This document shows, piece by piece, positions 48,974 to 58,983 of a DNA stretch of 64,000 bases. Each line of letters starts with the position of its first letter. Positions within the stretch are counted from its first letter, which is position 1. Position numbers and translations under genes: made by a program. Origin of the DNA: Candidatus Nezhaarchaeales archaeon (GTDB taxonomy: Archaea; Thermoproteota; Methanomethylicia; Nezhaarchaeales; WYZ-LMO8); the NCBI GenBank assembly GCA_038887515.1, contig JAWAKK010000001.1:320001-384000 (forward strand), in the 5' to 3' direction. The notes beneath the pieces were generated by a model. That model searched no databases and was not told the origin of the DNA. It was given only the letters and a program-made list of their open reading frames with translations.

Positions 48974-50245
48974 ATGAAAGGATCGAACAAATCCGGCAAG
49001 ATTATGAGCAATAGAAGAGGGCAAATAATAATTCTAGCAGTAATCGTAATGATGGCTCTAATGCTCTCTTTAACGCATACGATAGTTCAGATAAGTGTAA
49101 CTAGACAAGAAGTAGTTTATGAGCCAATAGATGAAGTGGTCCTTGCTATAACGAGCGACTTTGAAAGGTGTTTGACGAGGGCTCTGGCAAAAGTAACAGA
49201 AGTTTACTACGAGCATAGGAATACATCGTTAGCTGAGAAAGCTGGAATACAACTCATCCAATATTGGCTTAGCTCGGTCTTAGAGCTTTATGAGGGTTTA
49301 AATATATGTGCGGTTTTGAGCGGGAAGAATGATTGTAGAAGCGTTGACTGGATAGTTGATTGGGTAGAACGAGATGGTAAAAGCTATGTTTATACAACTT
49401 TCAGCCTGGATATTGGAGCTTACGGACTCAGCGGACTGGCTCTAACGATTCAGAAATCCTTAGACCTTAGGATCTTAGACGTTAAAATAAACTCGACTCA
49501 AGAAGGTTATGCAGACATAACAGTAATATTTGAAGTTAAGCGTAATAAAAACGGCTTTGTTGAACCCTTGTACGACCTAACGATTAATGACGTTCTGGTA
49601 TCTATCAATGGGAGCATCGTTGATTCAGGGAAAATAACTGGATTTAAGTACTCCGGCCAAGGGGTGTACACCCTCACAGTTAGGTACCATAGCTTAACGA
49701 CATGGAACATAAGTATAACTGTAACTGCAAGTGATGGCGTAAAGGTTGCCGCGTTTTACTCAGATAACCTAAACACAAGCAAGCCACTTCAAAGCTGGCG
49801 CACCTTATACGTATCTCCGGGTAGGGGGAGAGATGATTTCGTCCTTACGTTAATTCCCTCGGACAAGGAAAAGGAAATTAGCCCGATAAATCCTTCTTGG
49901 AGGCTTCGAGAAGGTAATTCAACTGACGTGACGCCGTACATACCTTTAGGTTCGGCAGTGAAGGTTTTATTGTACGCTAGATCCTCTTCAGCAAACGTTG
50001 AACTCAATGTGACCCTCGGCTTCTATGACGAGAACAAAGTTTTTCACTTAATTGGCAGTACGGCAACAACTATACGTAAATCTCCCAATTACCTTGTATA
50101 CGAGCTATCATTAGCCCCCTCTACTACAGCCATACCTAGGGGGGCCACGCTAACCTTGATTTTAAAGCGGAACGATAAGGATCAGGGGGGAGGAACAATT
50201 CACATACTTTGCGGCCCAGAAAAGACTAGGATAATGCTCTGGTAA
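48974..50245 (+). CDS. Large minor pilin-like protein
   Basis: NRRG|QIIILAVIVMMALML leader; beta-rich C-terminal domains. Confidence 0.7.
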   Translation: MKGSNKSGKIMSNRRGQIIILAVIVMMALMLSLTHTIVQISVTRQEVVYEPIDEVVLAITSDFERCLTRALAKVTEVYYEHRNTSLAEKAGIQLIQYWLSSVLELYEGLNICAVLSGKNDCRSVDWIVDWVERDGKSYVYTTFSLDIGAYGLSGLALTIQKSLDLRILDVKINSTQEGYADITVIFEVKRNKNGFVEPLYDLTINDVLVSINGSIVDSGKITGFKYSGQGVYTLTVRYHSLTTWNISITVTASDGVKVAAFYSDNLNTSKPLQSWRTLYVSPGRGRDDFVLTLIPSDKEKEISPINPSWRLREGNSTDVTPYIPLGSAVKVLLYARSSSANVELNVTLGFYDENKVFHLIGSTATTIRKSPNYLVYELSLAPSTTAIPRGATLTLILKRNDKDQGGGTIHILCGPEKTRIMLW

Positions 50246-50435
50246 CTTAAATAATGTTCAGTTTCCATATTAATGTAGGTTTAACCGATATGTTTCTATG
50301 AAGGGTTACAGAATCTTTGAACATCTTCAGCTGGTGTTAGGGAATTGATGTACAAGCCGTGAACGTGCATTGATAGCCATCTCGTAAGGCTTATTTGAAG
50401 TCTGAAAAATATTATAATTATCAAGGTCGATCCGT

Positions 50436-51713
50436 ATGAAGAGGACCCTGATGGTATTAATGGGAGCACTACTGATGATATCTAGCGTGCTTCTGCTTCC
50501 CACAATAACTGTCGTCAACGCTCAACAGGTAAGGAGCATAGACCCAATAGTTTCTACAGAATGGTTAAGTAAAAACCTCAACCTTCCAGGCTTAGTGATA
50601 GTTGACATTAGAAGCCCAGACGAATACAATGCTGGACACATCCCTGGATCGATAAACATCCCAGCGGGTTTGTGGTATATTAACCCACCATTCGGCGAGA
50701 AGGCTCCGTGGATGGAGCTCCCACCGGATAACCAATTGCTTAAGCTTCTTGCAGACAACGGAATAACGAGCGATTCGCTGGTTGTAATAGTAGGGTCTAC
50801 GAGCGGTCCGCTCGTTCCATTACCCATAGCGCTCTACAACACAGCCACTGCATGTAGAATAGCCATCACCCTATTGTATGCTGGAGTAACAAATGTAGCC
50901 ATCCTAGACGGTGGCTATGACAAGTGGGTCGCCGAAGGAAGGCTAACAACCACTGTACCCACTACACCGACTCCAGTAACTTATTCTGGGACGATGAGGA
51001 AGGAGATGATAGTTTCGAAAGAGTACGTTGCAAACAAAATAGGCAAAGCAGTAATTGTAGATGCTAGAGACCTGATAGTCTATTTGGGCTTCTTCCAGGA
51101 ACCATGGACTGCGAGAGTTGGACACATACCGACTGCTAGGAGCTTCCCGACCCCATGGCTATACAACCTTAAGATGGGCGAGGGCGGAATTGTCGTCTAC
51201 ACGACCTTTATGGACTTGGACTTCATGAGGACCTTAGCTACTAATATCATTGGAGAGGATAAAGACCAAGAGGTAATAATCTACTGCGGTATTGGAGGGT
51301 ATGCGAGCACTATGTACTTCGTGTTGAAGGAGGTCCTAGGCTACAACAATGTTGCCATATATGATGGTAGCGCTCAGGAATGGACTCACGACTTAAGCCT
51401 TCCAGTGGTTTATGAAGGCCTAGGGCAAGAATACATGGGCTTACAAAAGCTCTACACGGACTTATCTGCCGTAGTATCATCCCTACAGAACGATTATACG
51501 AAACTTCAAGGGGAGTACTACGCTCTTCGAGGAGAGCTCTCCAAGCTTAAAGATGAAAATGAGCAATTAAATGCTGAGAAAGTCAAGTTAGAAGCTCAAT
51601 TAGCATCCATGACACCGATGTACTTAACGTTAATATTCGTCGTAACGACCATAATATTCCTCGTGCTAACAATATACTTTGCAGCTAAGCTAAGGAGCTC
51701 AAAGAAAGTTTAA
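50436..51713 (+). CDS. Exported tandem-domain rhodanese/sulfurtransferase with a coiled-coil stalk and C-terminal TM anchor
   Basis: Signal peptide ending VNA-Q; VSTEWL, YNAGHIPGS, LDGGY.KW, GHIPTA, YCGIGGYAS, YDGSAQEW; heptad region, TM helix and basic tail. Confidence 0.85.
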   Translation: MKRTLMVLMGALLMISSVLLLPTITVVNAQQVRSIDPIVSTEWLSKNLNLPGLVIVDIRSPDEYNAGHIPGSINIPAGLWYINPPFGEKAPWMELPPDNQLLKLLADNGITSDSLVVIVGSTSGPLVPLPIALYNTATACRIAITLLYAGVTNVAILDGGYDKWVAEGRLTTTVPTTPTPVTYSGTMRKEMIVSKEYVANKIGKAVIVDARDLIVYLGFFQEPWTARVGHIPTARSFPTPWLYNLKMGEGGIVVYTTFMDLDFMRTLATNIIGEDKDQEVIIYCGIGGYASTMYFVLKEVLGYNNVAIYDGSAQEWTHDLSLPVVYEGLGQEYMGLQKLYTDLSAVVSSLQNDYTKLQGEYYALRGELSKLKDENEQLNAEKVKLEAQLASMTPMYLTLIFVVTTIIFLVLTIYFAAKLRSSKKV

Positions 51714-51747
51714 AACTTAAATATCAAAAATCAACATTCTTTTTTAT

Positions 51748-53064
51748 ATGGAGGTTAGCAGAGTGTCTAAAAGAAGGGGAGTTACAAAGCTCCAAATAGC
51801 CGTTATCGTGGTCGTAATAGTAGTTGTTGCGGCTGTTGGAGCATACTTGGCCATGCAACCTACAGCGCCTGGGCCCGGACCCCTTCCGGCTAAAGATAAT
51901 GTAGTGATAGGATGGGCTCACGGCAAGTCAGGTTATTTAGCCCCTCAAACTGCCACACTTCATCCATACTTCTACTGGGTCATTGAGGAGTACAACAATA
52001 AGGGCGGGATCTACGTCCCTGAATACGGTAAAAAGTTACCGATAAGATACATAGAATACGACGATGAAAGCAGTATAGATAAATGCTTAACCTTGTACGA
52101 AAAGCTGATAACTGAAGATAAAGTTGACTTAATCTTCGAACCCACGAGCACGGCATTTGTTTACGCCGTGTTCGCTATGGCTGAGAAGTATAAGTATCCG
52201 CTCATAGGCTTAACATTCGGTTCCGAGATAGCTGCCCAAAAAATGAGGACTGGAGAGTTCAAGTATGCATTTAGCGTATTAGGTTTTCCAAGCGAGGCAG
52301 CAAAGGAAGTAGCCGACTTTTTCGACTACATAAACTCAAAGTACGGCAAAAACGAAATCAAGAAAGTTGGAATAATACATCACAACGACCAGCACGGCGT
52401 AGAATACGCGTCAGCAATGTTCAGTGAGTTAAGTATAAGAGGTTATGATGTGCCCGTCTATCAGAGCTATCCGATGACTATTGCGGACTTCACCCCGCTA
52501 ATAAAAGCTCTTAGAGATGCTAATGTAGATGTTGTAATACTTTGCGGTTACGAAGGAGCGACATTCTTGTGGCAATGTATAGCCCAAGACTATAACCCGA
52601 AGTTCATCATAACCGGGCCAGGTTCAATGGAGGTCCCATTCTTGGTGTTCGGGCCCTTTGGATTTAATGCAGAACAAGTTAAAGGCATCATGAATTACGA
52701 CGGATGGCCTGCAACGAGCTACAATACCCCCGAACTACAAGCATGGGTTGATGAGCACAAGAGAAGGTTGGGTTGGGAACCGTTCCCCGCTGCAGCAACC
52801 TTCTACTCTGCTCTCCAATCAATCTTGCAGGCAGTTGAAAGGCATGGACTGGACAGAACGAAGATAAGGGATGCCCTTGCAACGGAGACATACGATACCC
52901 TACTGGGTAAATTCAAGTTCAGGCAAGGCTACTCCGCTCAAGCTGAGCTCGCTGGTACGTTAATTCAGTGGACCGGAAAAGACATGATGGAAGTCGTGTG
53001 GCCGAAAGGTTCTCCAGCAGCTACTAGTGAGCCAATATACCCGAAGCCTCCATGGCCGAAATGA
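51748..53064 (+). CDS. ABC transporter substrate-binding protein, LivJ/K type, with a pilin-like leader
   Basis: KRRG|VTKLQIAVIVVVIV leader; N.KGGI, YDDES, YEKLI.EDKVD and DFTPLI motifs. Confidence 0.85.
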   Translation: MEVSRVSKRRGVTKLQIAVIVVVIVVVAAVGAYLAMQPTAPGPGPLPAKDNVVIGWAHGKSGYLAPQTATLHPYFYWVIEEYNNKGGIYVPEYGKKLPIRYIEYDDESSIDKCLTLYEKLITEDKVDLIFEPTSTAFVYAVFAMAEKYKYPLIGLTFGSEIAAQKMRTGEFKYAFSVLGFPSEAAKEVADFFDYINSKYGKNEIKKVGIIHHNDQHGVEYASAMFSELSIRGYDVPVYQSYPMTIADFTPLIKALRDANVDVVILCGYEGATFLWQCIAQDYNPKFIITGPGSMEVPFLVFGPFGFNAEQVKGIMNYDGWPATSYNTPELQAWVDEHKRRLGWEPFPAAATFYSALQSILQAVERHGLDRTKIRDALATETYDTLLGKFKFRQGYSAQAELAGTLIQWTGKDMMEVVWPKGSPAATSEPIYPKPPWPK

Positions 53065-53126
53065 CGCTAACTCCATGATACCTTATATACCATTCTCATT
53101 TTTTAATGAGAGTTGTGGGATAAACC

Positions 53127-53987
53127 ATGATCGACGTAGTGATTGGCGGAGCAATATTGGGTGCCATCTTCTCTCTCATAGCTATTGGCCTTAACTTGCA
53201 ATATGGCGTCACGAGGATATTAAATGTAGCTCATGGAGAATTCCTCATGTTGGGCGCTTACATAACTAACTTCTTCTTCATAAACTATGGCATTAACCCG
53301 CTTCTTTGTATAGCTATAAGCGGGCCCTTGGTTTTTGTTATAGGCTTCATAATTCAAAACATAGTCTTCCGTAGGATAATTCTAATATCGAGGGTTGCGG
53401 AAGAGCTGGAGTTTCGGTCCCTCTTAGCATGTTTCGGTCTTATGTACATCATTCAAAACGTTATTAGAGAAATCTTTGGTTCTTTGCCCATGAGCAACTC
53501 CTATCTCATGGAGTCCATTCTAATATTAGGAGAAAGATTTCAATTAAACATGATAGTCTCAGCAATCATGGCTGTAATCATTAGTGCTCTACTTTATGTA
53601 ATGCTACGATTTACGAAAGTAGGGCTAGCTATGAGGGCGGTTGTGGAAGAACCGATAGGAGCACAGCTTGTCGGCATAAACACACTTAGAACACACTCAT
53701 TATCGTTCAGCTTAGGTGCTTTGCTAGCAGCAATAGCCGGTATAATGATTTCTATGATTTATACGAACCTAACCCCTTACGTAGGGCCTCAATATACATT
53801 CATTGCCCTTGCAATAATAGTCTTGGGCGGTATGGGCAGTTTTGTAGGTAGTCTCGTTGGGGGCTTTATTATAGGGTACATATACTATTCGACCTTAAAA
53901 ATAGAACCATTATTGGTCATGGCAATAGTCTACGTATTCTTGATATTATTCTTGATATTTAAGCCGAGAGGACTCTTTGGGCGATGA
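53127..53987 (+). CDS. livH: Branched-chain amino acid ABC permease
   Basis: AIGL.L.YGV..ILNVAHGEF.MLG, GLAMRAV, LGGMGS..G and KPRGLFG motifs. Confidence 0.88.
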   Translation: MIDVVIGGAILGAIFSLIAIGLNLQYGVTRILNVAHGEFLMLGAYITNFFFINYGINPLLCIAISGPLVFVIGFIIQNIVFRRIILISRVAEELEFRSLLACFGLMYIIQNVIREIFGSLPMSNSYLMESILILGERFQLNMIVSAIMAVIISALLYVMLRFTKVGLAMRAVVEEPIGAQLVGINTLRTHSLSFSLGALLAAIAGIMISMIYTNLTPYVGPQYTFIALAIIVLGGMGSFVGSLVGGFIIGYIYYSTLKIEPLLVMAIVYVFLILFLIFKPRGLFGR

Positions 53988-53990
53988 AAC

Positions 53991-54968
53991 ATGTCAGTCG
54001 AGAAGACGCAAAAAGTTAAAGGAGCTTTCTCGATTAAAGCGGTCATAGCTCTAGCAGTTGTAGCAGTGTTGGCTTCCGCTCCGTTCTATACTAGCGAGTA
54101 TTACCTATCGATTATTAGAACCATACTTTTATGGCTCGGGTTATCGATAAGTTGGTACTTCTTTTCGGGTCTTACAAAGTACGTATCGCTTGGCTCGGCC
54201 GCTTTCTTTGGCTTAGGCGTTTACTTTACAGTAAAGTATCTAGACCTTAGCCATAAAGGTCTATGGCCAACCCTTCCGCTTCCAGTAATAATATTGATGG
54301 GTACAGTTATGTGCTTTGCTTTGGCTCTAGTGATTGGTTTAGTAACCTTAAGGGTTAAAGGGATATACTTTGCGATACTAACTTTCGGTATAAGCGAAAT
54401 GCTTAAAAACTTCTTTGAATGGTGGGAAATAAGGGTTGTTGGTACTCGAGGAACGTACCTTCCAATATTTATGGATTACGTGAGCTTCTACTACATGGTT
54501 TTTGTACCTGCAATGATAGCGCTCGGCGTCGTGGCTTTCTTAAGTAGGTCTAAGTTTGGTTTGGGTTTAAGAATGATAGGAGAGAACGAGGATACCGCTG
54601 TTCACGTAGGCGTCAACACTACAATTCTAAAGACGCTGGGGTTCGCTGTAAGCTCCATGCTCATTGGCCTTATGGGAGGCTGCTTTGCAATGAGGTTCGC
54701 ATATGTAAACGTTGACATAGCCTTCGATCCCCTCTATACGTTCATGCCTGCGGCAATGACATTACTTGGAGGAGCCATAAATATGTACGGTCCTATAATT
54801 GGGGCGGTCATACTATCGCTGATAAGTGAGTATCTTCGAGTATCGTATCCACACTACTTCTTAATAATTTTAGGATTGGTGTTCATAGCGATAATACTAT
54901 TCATGCCGAACGGCATAATGGGTAGATTGAGGGAATTTAAAGTAAGGCAACAAAAAAATCAAAGTTAA
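53991..54968 (+). CDS. livM: Branched-chain amino acid ABC permease
   Basis: SLG.AAFFG.G.Y, LRVKGIYFAILT, S.FG..LR.IGENE..A..GVN and P.GIMG motifs. Confidence 0.88.
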   Translation: MSVEKTQKVKGAFSIKAVIALAVVAVLASAPFYTSEYYLSIIRTILLWLGLSISWYFFSGLTKYVSLGSAAFFGLGVYFTVKYLDLSHKGLWPTLPLPVIILMGTVMCFALALVIGLVTLRVKGIYFAILTFGISEMLKNFFEWWEIRVVGTRGTYLPIFMDYVSFYYMVFVPAMIALGVVAFLSRSKFGLGLRMIGENEDTAVHVGVNTTILKTLGFAVSSMLIGLMGGCFAMRFAYVNVDIAFDPLYTFMPAAMTLLGGAINMYGPIIGAVILSLISEYLRVSYPHYFLIILGLVFIAIILFMPNGIMGRLREFKVRQQKNQS

Positions 54969-54975
54969 AAAGGTT

Positions 54976-55680
54976 CTAGAGACCTAGATAGGCTTTTTTA
55001 ACGTAGTCGTTTTCTAGAAGTTCTTTTCCCTTTCCTTGCAACATTACTCTACCCGTTTCTAGTACATATGCTCTATCCGCCAGACTTAAAGCATGATAGA
55101 CGTTCTGTTCCGCTAGTAAGATGCTAATTCCACGCCCTTTTAGTTTCTCGACTGTTTTGAATATTTCGAGGGCCATTTTAGGCGAAAGGCCTTGAGTTGG
55201 TTCGTCTAGAATGAGTAGCTCTGGATTCGACATTAAGCCTCGAGCTATCGTAAGCATCCTTTGTTCTCCTCCGCTAAGCGTCATTGCTAATTGTCTCTCC
55301 CTTTCTTTTAAGATTGGAAATAGCTCGCAAACGGTCTTGAACATTTCTTCCTTCGTTTTCTTCCCCCTAGCAGCGTAAGCGCCTAACAATAAGTTCTCTC
55401 GGACAGTCATCCTTCCAAAAAGCTTCCTGTCTTCAGGTACGAGAGCTATTCCAACATCGACGACTTTGTGTGGCGGAAGCCTGGTTATATCTATGCCGTT
55501 AAACTTTATGGTTCCAGATGATGGTTTTAGCAGGCCGACTATAGCGTTTATCAGCGTTGTCTTGCCAGCTCCATTAGGGCCTATTAACGATACTACCTCG
55601 CCTTTATTAACTTCGATAGATACTTTCCAAAGTATTTGAATAGGACCTCGAAAAACGTCGACTTCTCTCACTTCAAGCAT
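54976..55680 (-). CDS. livF: ABC ATP-binding protein
   Basis: GPNGAGKTT, VPEDR..F..MTVRENL, LSGGEQRML, LDEPT.GL and AEQN motifs. Confidence 0.9.
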   Translation of the reverse strand: MLEVREVDVFRGPIQILWKVSIEVNKGEVVSLIGPNGAGKTTLINAIVGLLKPSSGTIKFNGIDITRLPPHKVVDVGIALVPEDRKLFGRMTVRENLLLGAYAARGKKTKEEMFKTVCELFPILKERERQLAMTLSGGEQRMLTIARGLMSNPELLILDEPTQGLSPKMALEIFKTVEKLKGRGISILLAEQNVYHALSLADRAYVLETGRVMLQGKGKELLENDYVKKAYLGL

Positions 55681-56405
55681 AAACTTTCACCTAAGTAGAC
55701 TTTTATGACTTCAGGGGTATTAGCAACTTCCTGCGGTTTTCCTTCAGCTAATTTTGTACCTTGATGTAGGACCACGACTCGATCTGATATGCCCATTATT
55801 GCACGCATGTTGTGCTCAATCATTACGATGGTTATTCCATCCTTGGAGCGCAGTTCTTTTATTATATCTAGTGCTTGTGCTATCTCGGCTGGGTTAAGAC
55901 CCGCTAGGACCTCATCTAAGAGGAGGAGCTTAGGATTTATTGCTAGAGATCTAGCTATTTCGAGCATTCTCTGTTCGTAGATCGTAAGACTTGAAGCTGG
56001 AACGCTGGTTTTCTTCTCTAGCCCGAGCCTATTTAAAATAGATGCAATTCTAACCTTAACTTCCGAAGAACTCTTCTCTCTTACACAGCCGAAGAGGAAA
56101 GCTGCCATAACGTTCTCGTAAACCGTCATGTTGGGGAAAGGCTTCGGCGTCTGAAACGTCCTCGCTATCCCTAGCTTACAAATTCTGTGGGGGGGCCAGC
56201 CAGCTATCTCCTTGCCTTCAAACCTTATCGATCCACTATCCGGTTTGTAAGTGCCGGCTATCACATTAAACAGCGTTGTCTTGCCAGCTCCATTAGGGCC
56301 TATGAGACCTAGTATCTCGCCCTTGTCGACGTAGAGGTTTACGTTTCTTAGGGCTTCAAGCCCTCCGAACCGTTTCGATACACCTTCGACTTCAAGTAGC
56401 TTCAA
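55668..56405 (-). CDS. livG: ABC ATP-binding protein
   Basis: KRFGGL.AL, GPNGAGKTTLFN, GIARTFQ, LLDE..AGL, IEHNM and YLG motifs. Confidence 0.9.
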   Translation of the reverse strand: MKLLEVEGVSKRFGGLEALRNVNLYVDKGEILGLIGPNGAGKTTLFNVIAGTYKPDSGSIRFEGKEIAGWPPHRICKLGIARTFQTPKPFPNMTVYENVMAAFLFGCVREKSSSEVKVRIASILNRLGLEKKTSVPASSLTIYEQRMLEIARSLAINPKLLLLDEVLAGLNPAEIAQALDIIKELRSKDGITIVMIEHNMRAIMGISDRVVVLHQGTKLAEGKPQEVANTPEVIKVYLGESLCLK

Positions 56406-56818
56406 AACCCATCCCCACTTTCTCTGTCTCTTTTAAGCTTTACTAGGACTTTTGAGGTATGACAACATATAAGTTTAACCCGCACGCTTAAGAGCTATCA
56501 TACCACCAAATCCGCTCCTTTTGAGGTTTGTCTCCTCCATAGCATATGACCCCTAACCTCTTAGAACATCTTCGAAAGCTACGACATTACGGACAAGCTA
56601 TATTGTAAACAGCTTACGCGAGCCCGAATTCCACTTTAGCAAAGCCGTCAGAAGTTGGAGGAGAATCCATAGTTAAGAGAAGCTATAAAATTATGATGAA
56701 TGCCAGGGCGAGCCGCCAATCAACTCTAGACTTTGTGAAAAGACCTCATGGAGTACATGAAGTTAACCAAGGGGGCCTTGACGTCATCGTTAAGATCTAA
56801 GAACCTCAAACTTGATAG

Positions 56819-57298
56819 CTAATCAGCGCTTGGGCTCATAAGCTTCAATAACTTGTCTTCATATTTAGAAACGACTTTAACTATTGGAGCTAAAATGGTT
56901 ATCGTTGAGAATATGCTGGTCAAGCCTTCCAGCTCCCTCTTGGTCAATACTCGAAGCGGTGGAGCTATCGTGAGGTAGGCTACCAAGTAAACCAGGGCAC
57001 TAACTATTAGGTTAACGATGCTAGGTAGGAGCTGGTGAAGCGTTAGTGGCATTATGGTGAGCGAAGCTAGTAGTGAAGCCAGGTAGATCTTAGCCGAAGC
57101 CTTTAAATCCAGTATCATCTTGTACCTCTTAACAGCCATCATTAGGCCATACAAGGTTGAAGTTGTTGTGGCCATTATTATTGCCAATAGCATCCCTTCA
57201 ACCTTAAAGGTGAAGGTTAATGGAGGAGCTAAGGAGGCGAAGACTATCGTGTAGAGGGCTGCTGCTTTAACTCTCCTAGTCTCAACATCTTTAGCCAT
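56819..57298 (-). pseudogene. Probable C-terminal fragment of a flippase/polysaccharide exporter
   Basis: Several TM helices with ..DLKASAKIYLASL...YL..AP..RVL; far shorter than a MOP-family flippase. Confidence 0.5.
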
Positions 57299-57314
57299 AA
57301 GGCTCTACCCAACG

Positions 57315-57674
57315 TTGTCGAGTGGGCTACCCTTTTCAACCGATGCCTGGCCTCTCATAAGGAACACGGAGCTCCTTCTAGAGAACACTCCTGTAAGCTT
57401 GTCTCACGAGGTATTTGACGGCTACAACAACTACTGGCCTGCTAGCAGCATCTTCGGAGCAGTCTTCTCGCTAATCTCTGGCTTGAGCCCAATGGTCGCC
57501 ATGTCAATGAGCATACCTGCTGTGCATAGTTATTATCGGGTAGTCTTTAAGGAGCTTGTACATGAATATGAACGTGCACATATAAGATCACGCTCTACAA
57601 ATAGCATTACATCTAATAGGCACATAGACGTTGTGTGTTTAGAAATACTCATTAGGCTTTCCTTTAATGAATAG
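57315..57674 (+). pseudogene. Fragment of a glycosylation-locus-type membrane protein
   Basis: DAWPLIRNTE...DGYNNYWP.SSIFGAVFSLISG resembles an internal loop of a GT-C-like membrane protein; the sequence then degenerates. Confidence 0.4.
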
Positions 57675-58043
57675 ATTATGAGATAAAAACATGGCCTAGT
57701 CTTCCATCAAGAAATAGTTCGTAAATCATCTATCATCACCTTAAGACATCTTCGATAAGGCCTCTTGGTATGATCTTTTTGACGATGACCTTAGCGTTGA
57801 TTCCTTCTCCTACGCTATTTTTAGGATCAATTGAGGAATTAATTGGACCTCCTCAAGACTATCAATCTTAAGCTTGAGCTTTAGTATTTTTTAGTTTTTT
57901 TATTTTTTATTTATTTTAATTACATTAATTCTAAGCCTGGCAAGATAGCGTTGAGACCCTAAGCCCTTTAAGGCTTTTTCTAAGACTTTTTGAGAGTATA
58001 ACTACATATAAGATTTATCTTATGCATTTAGAGGACATCTACG

Positions 58044-58805
58044 TTATTGGATTGGTATTTCATAGGAAATTTTTCCTCTATAGTACGTAACCTTTATCCT
58101 TTTCTTGGAGTCTCTTAAAAGCTGTAAAGTTATGAGTAAACCGGCTACAAAACCACCTATGTGAGCCCAAAAAGCTACTCCAGCAAAGTAGTTCGAAGCT
58201 AAGGCTAGAAGGCCCATCCACAGTTGATATAGGAACCATATAGTTATGAATATTGATGCTGGAATGGATAGCACTAAGGGGAGGAAGAGAAAGATCGTTA
58301 AGACTTGAAGGCGGGATCTCGGAAAAGCGTTTAGATAACCACCTATTAAACCCGAAATAGCTCCACTAGCACCTACACACGGTATCCAAAGAGGGTCCAC
58401 TACTAGAGGCTTGCCGTACGGGTTGTAGATGATCATCGGCTCTGCAAAGGACTTTTCAATTCCTATATGCATAAAGGCTGCGCATAGACCGCAGACAAAG
58501 TAAAAAGCTACGAACTTTGTTCTTCCCAGCCTGTTTTCGAGAGGAGCCCCGAAAACATAGAGATACAACATGTTACCCAATAAGTGGATCCACCCACCAT
58601 GCATGAACATTGAAGTTACGATTGTATGTAACTTTTCGCCTCTAAGTATTAAGTGAGGAATCATGCCCAGGTCTTGTATAGCCTCTTGAAGAGCTTGAGG
58701 GCCTTGAACGTAAAAGTATAGGAAGACAAGGAAGTTTATCAGCATTAAGATCCAGGTAACAATAGGTCTTCTAGTTCTCGGAACGTGGGAAGGTAATGGT
58801 ATCAA
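58044..58805 (-). CDS. Rhomboid intramembrane serine protease
   Basis: TSMFMHGGWIHLLGNM, VGASGAISG and VAFWAHIGGF motifs. Confidence 0.93.
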   Translation of the reverse strand: MIPLPSHVPRTRRPIVTWILMLINFLVFLYFYVQGPQALQEAIQDLGMIPHLILRGEKLHTIVTSMFMHGGWIHLLGNMLYLYVFGAPLENRLGRTKFVAFYFVCGLCAAFMHIGIEKSFAEPMIIYNPYGKPLVVDPLWIPCVGASGAISGLIGGYLNAFPRSRLQVLTIFLFLPLVLSIPASIFITIWFLYQLWMGLLALASNYFAGVAFWAHIGGFVAGLLITLQLLRDSKKRIKVTYYRGKISYEIPIQ

Positions 58806-58983
58806 AGCTTGGGCACCCGCGCAGAAGTAGTAAGAGAACTTAAATTCAATAACCTTTTCCTAGCAGCCTAACTAAAGGGTACTAAATTAAGTAAGAATAA
58901 TATAAAGCACTTGATTGGCAAAATGCTTTTAGGCTGAGAAAGATTATTACTTAGGGATTGTCATCACATCACCGTGATGCAAC

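Noticed and set aside
42178-50245. Archaellum operon
   Set aside because: No ArlH (KaiC-like) or ArlF/G-type genes, and the major subunit is pilin-like.
56690-56762. Second C/D-box sRNA starting at ATGATGA
   Set aside because: No properly spaced CTGA D or D' boxes and no terminal stem.
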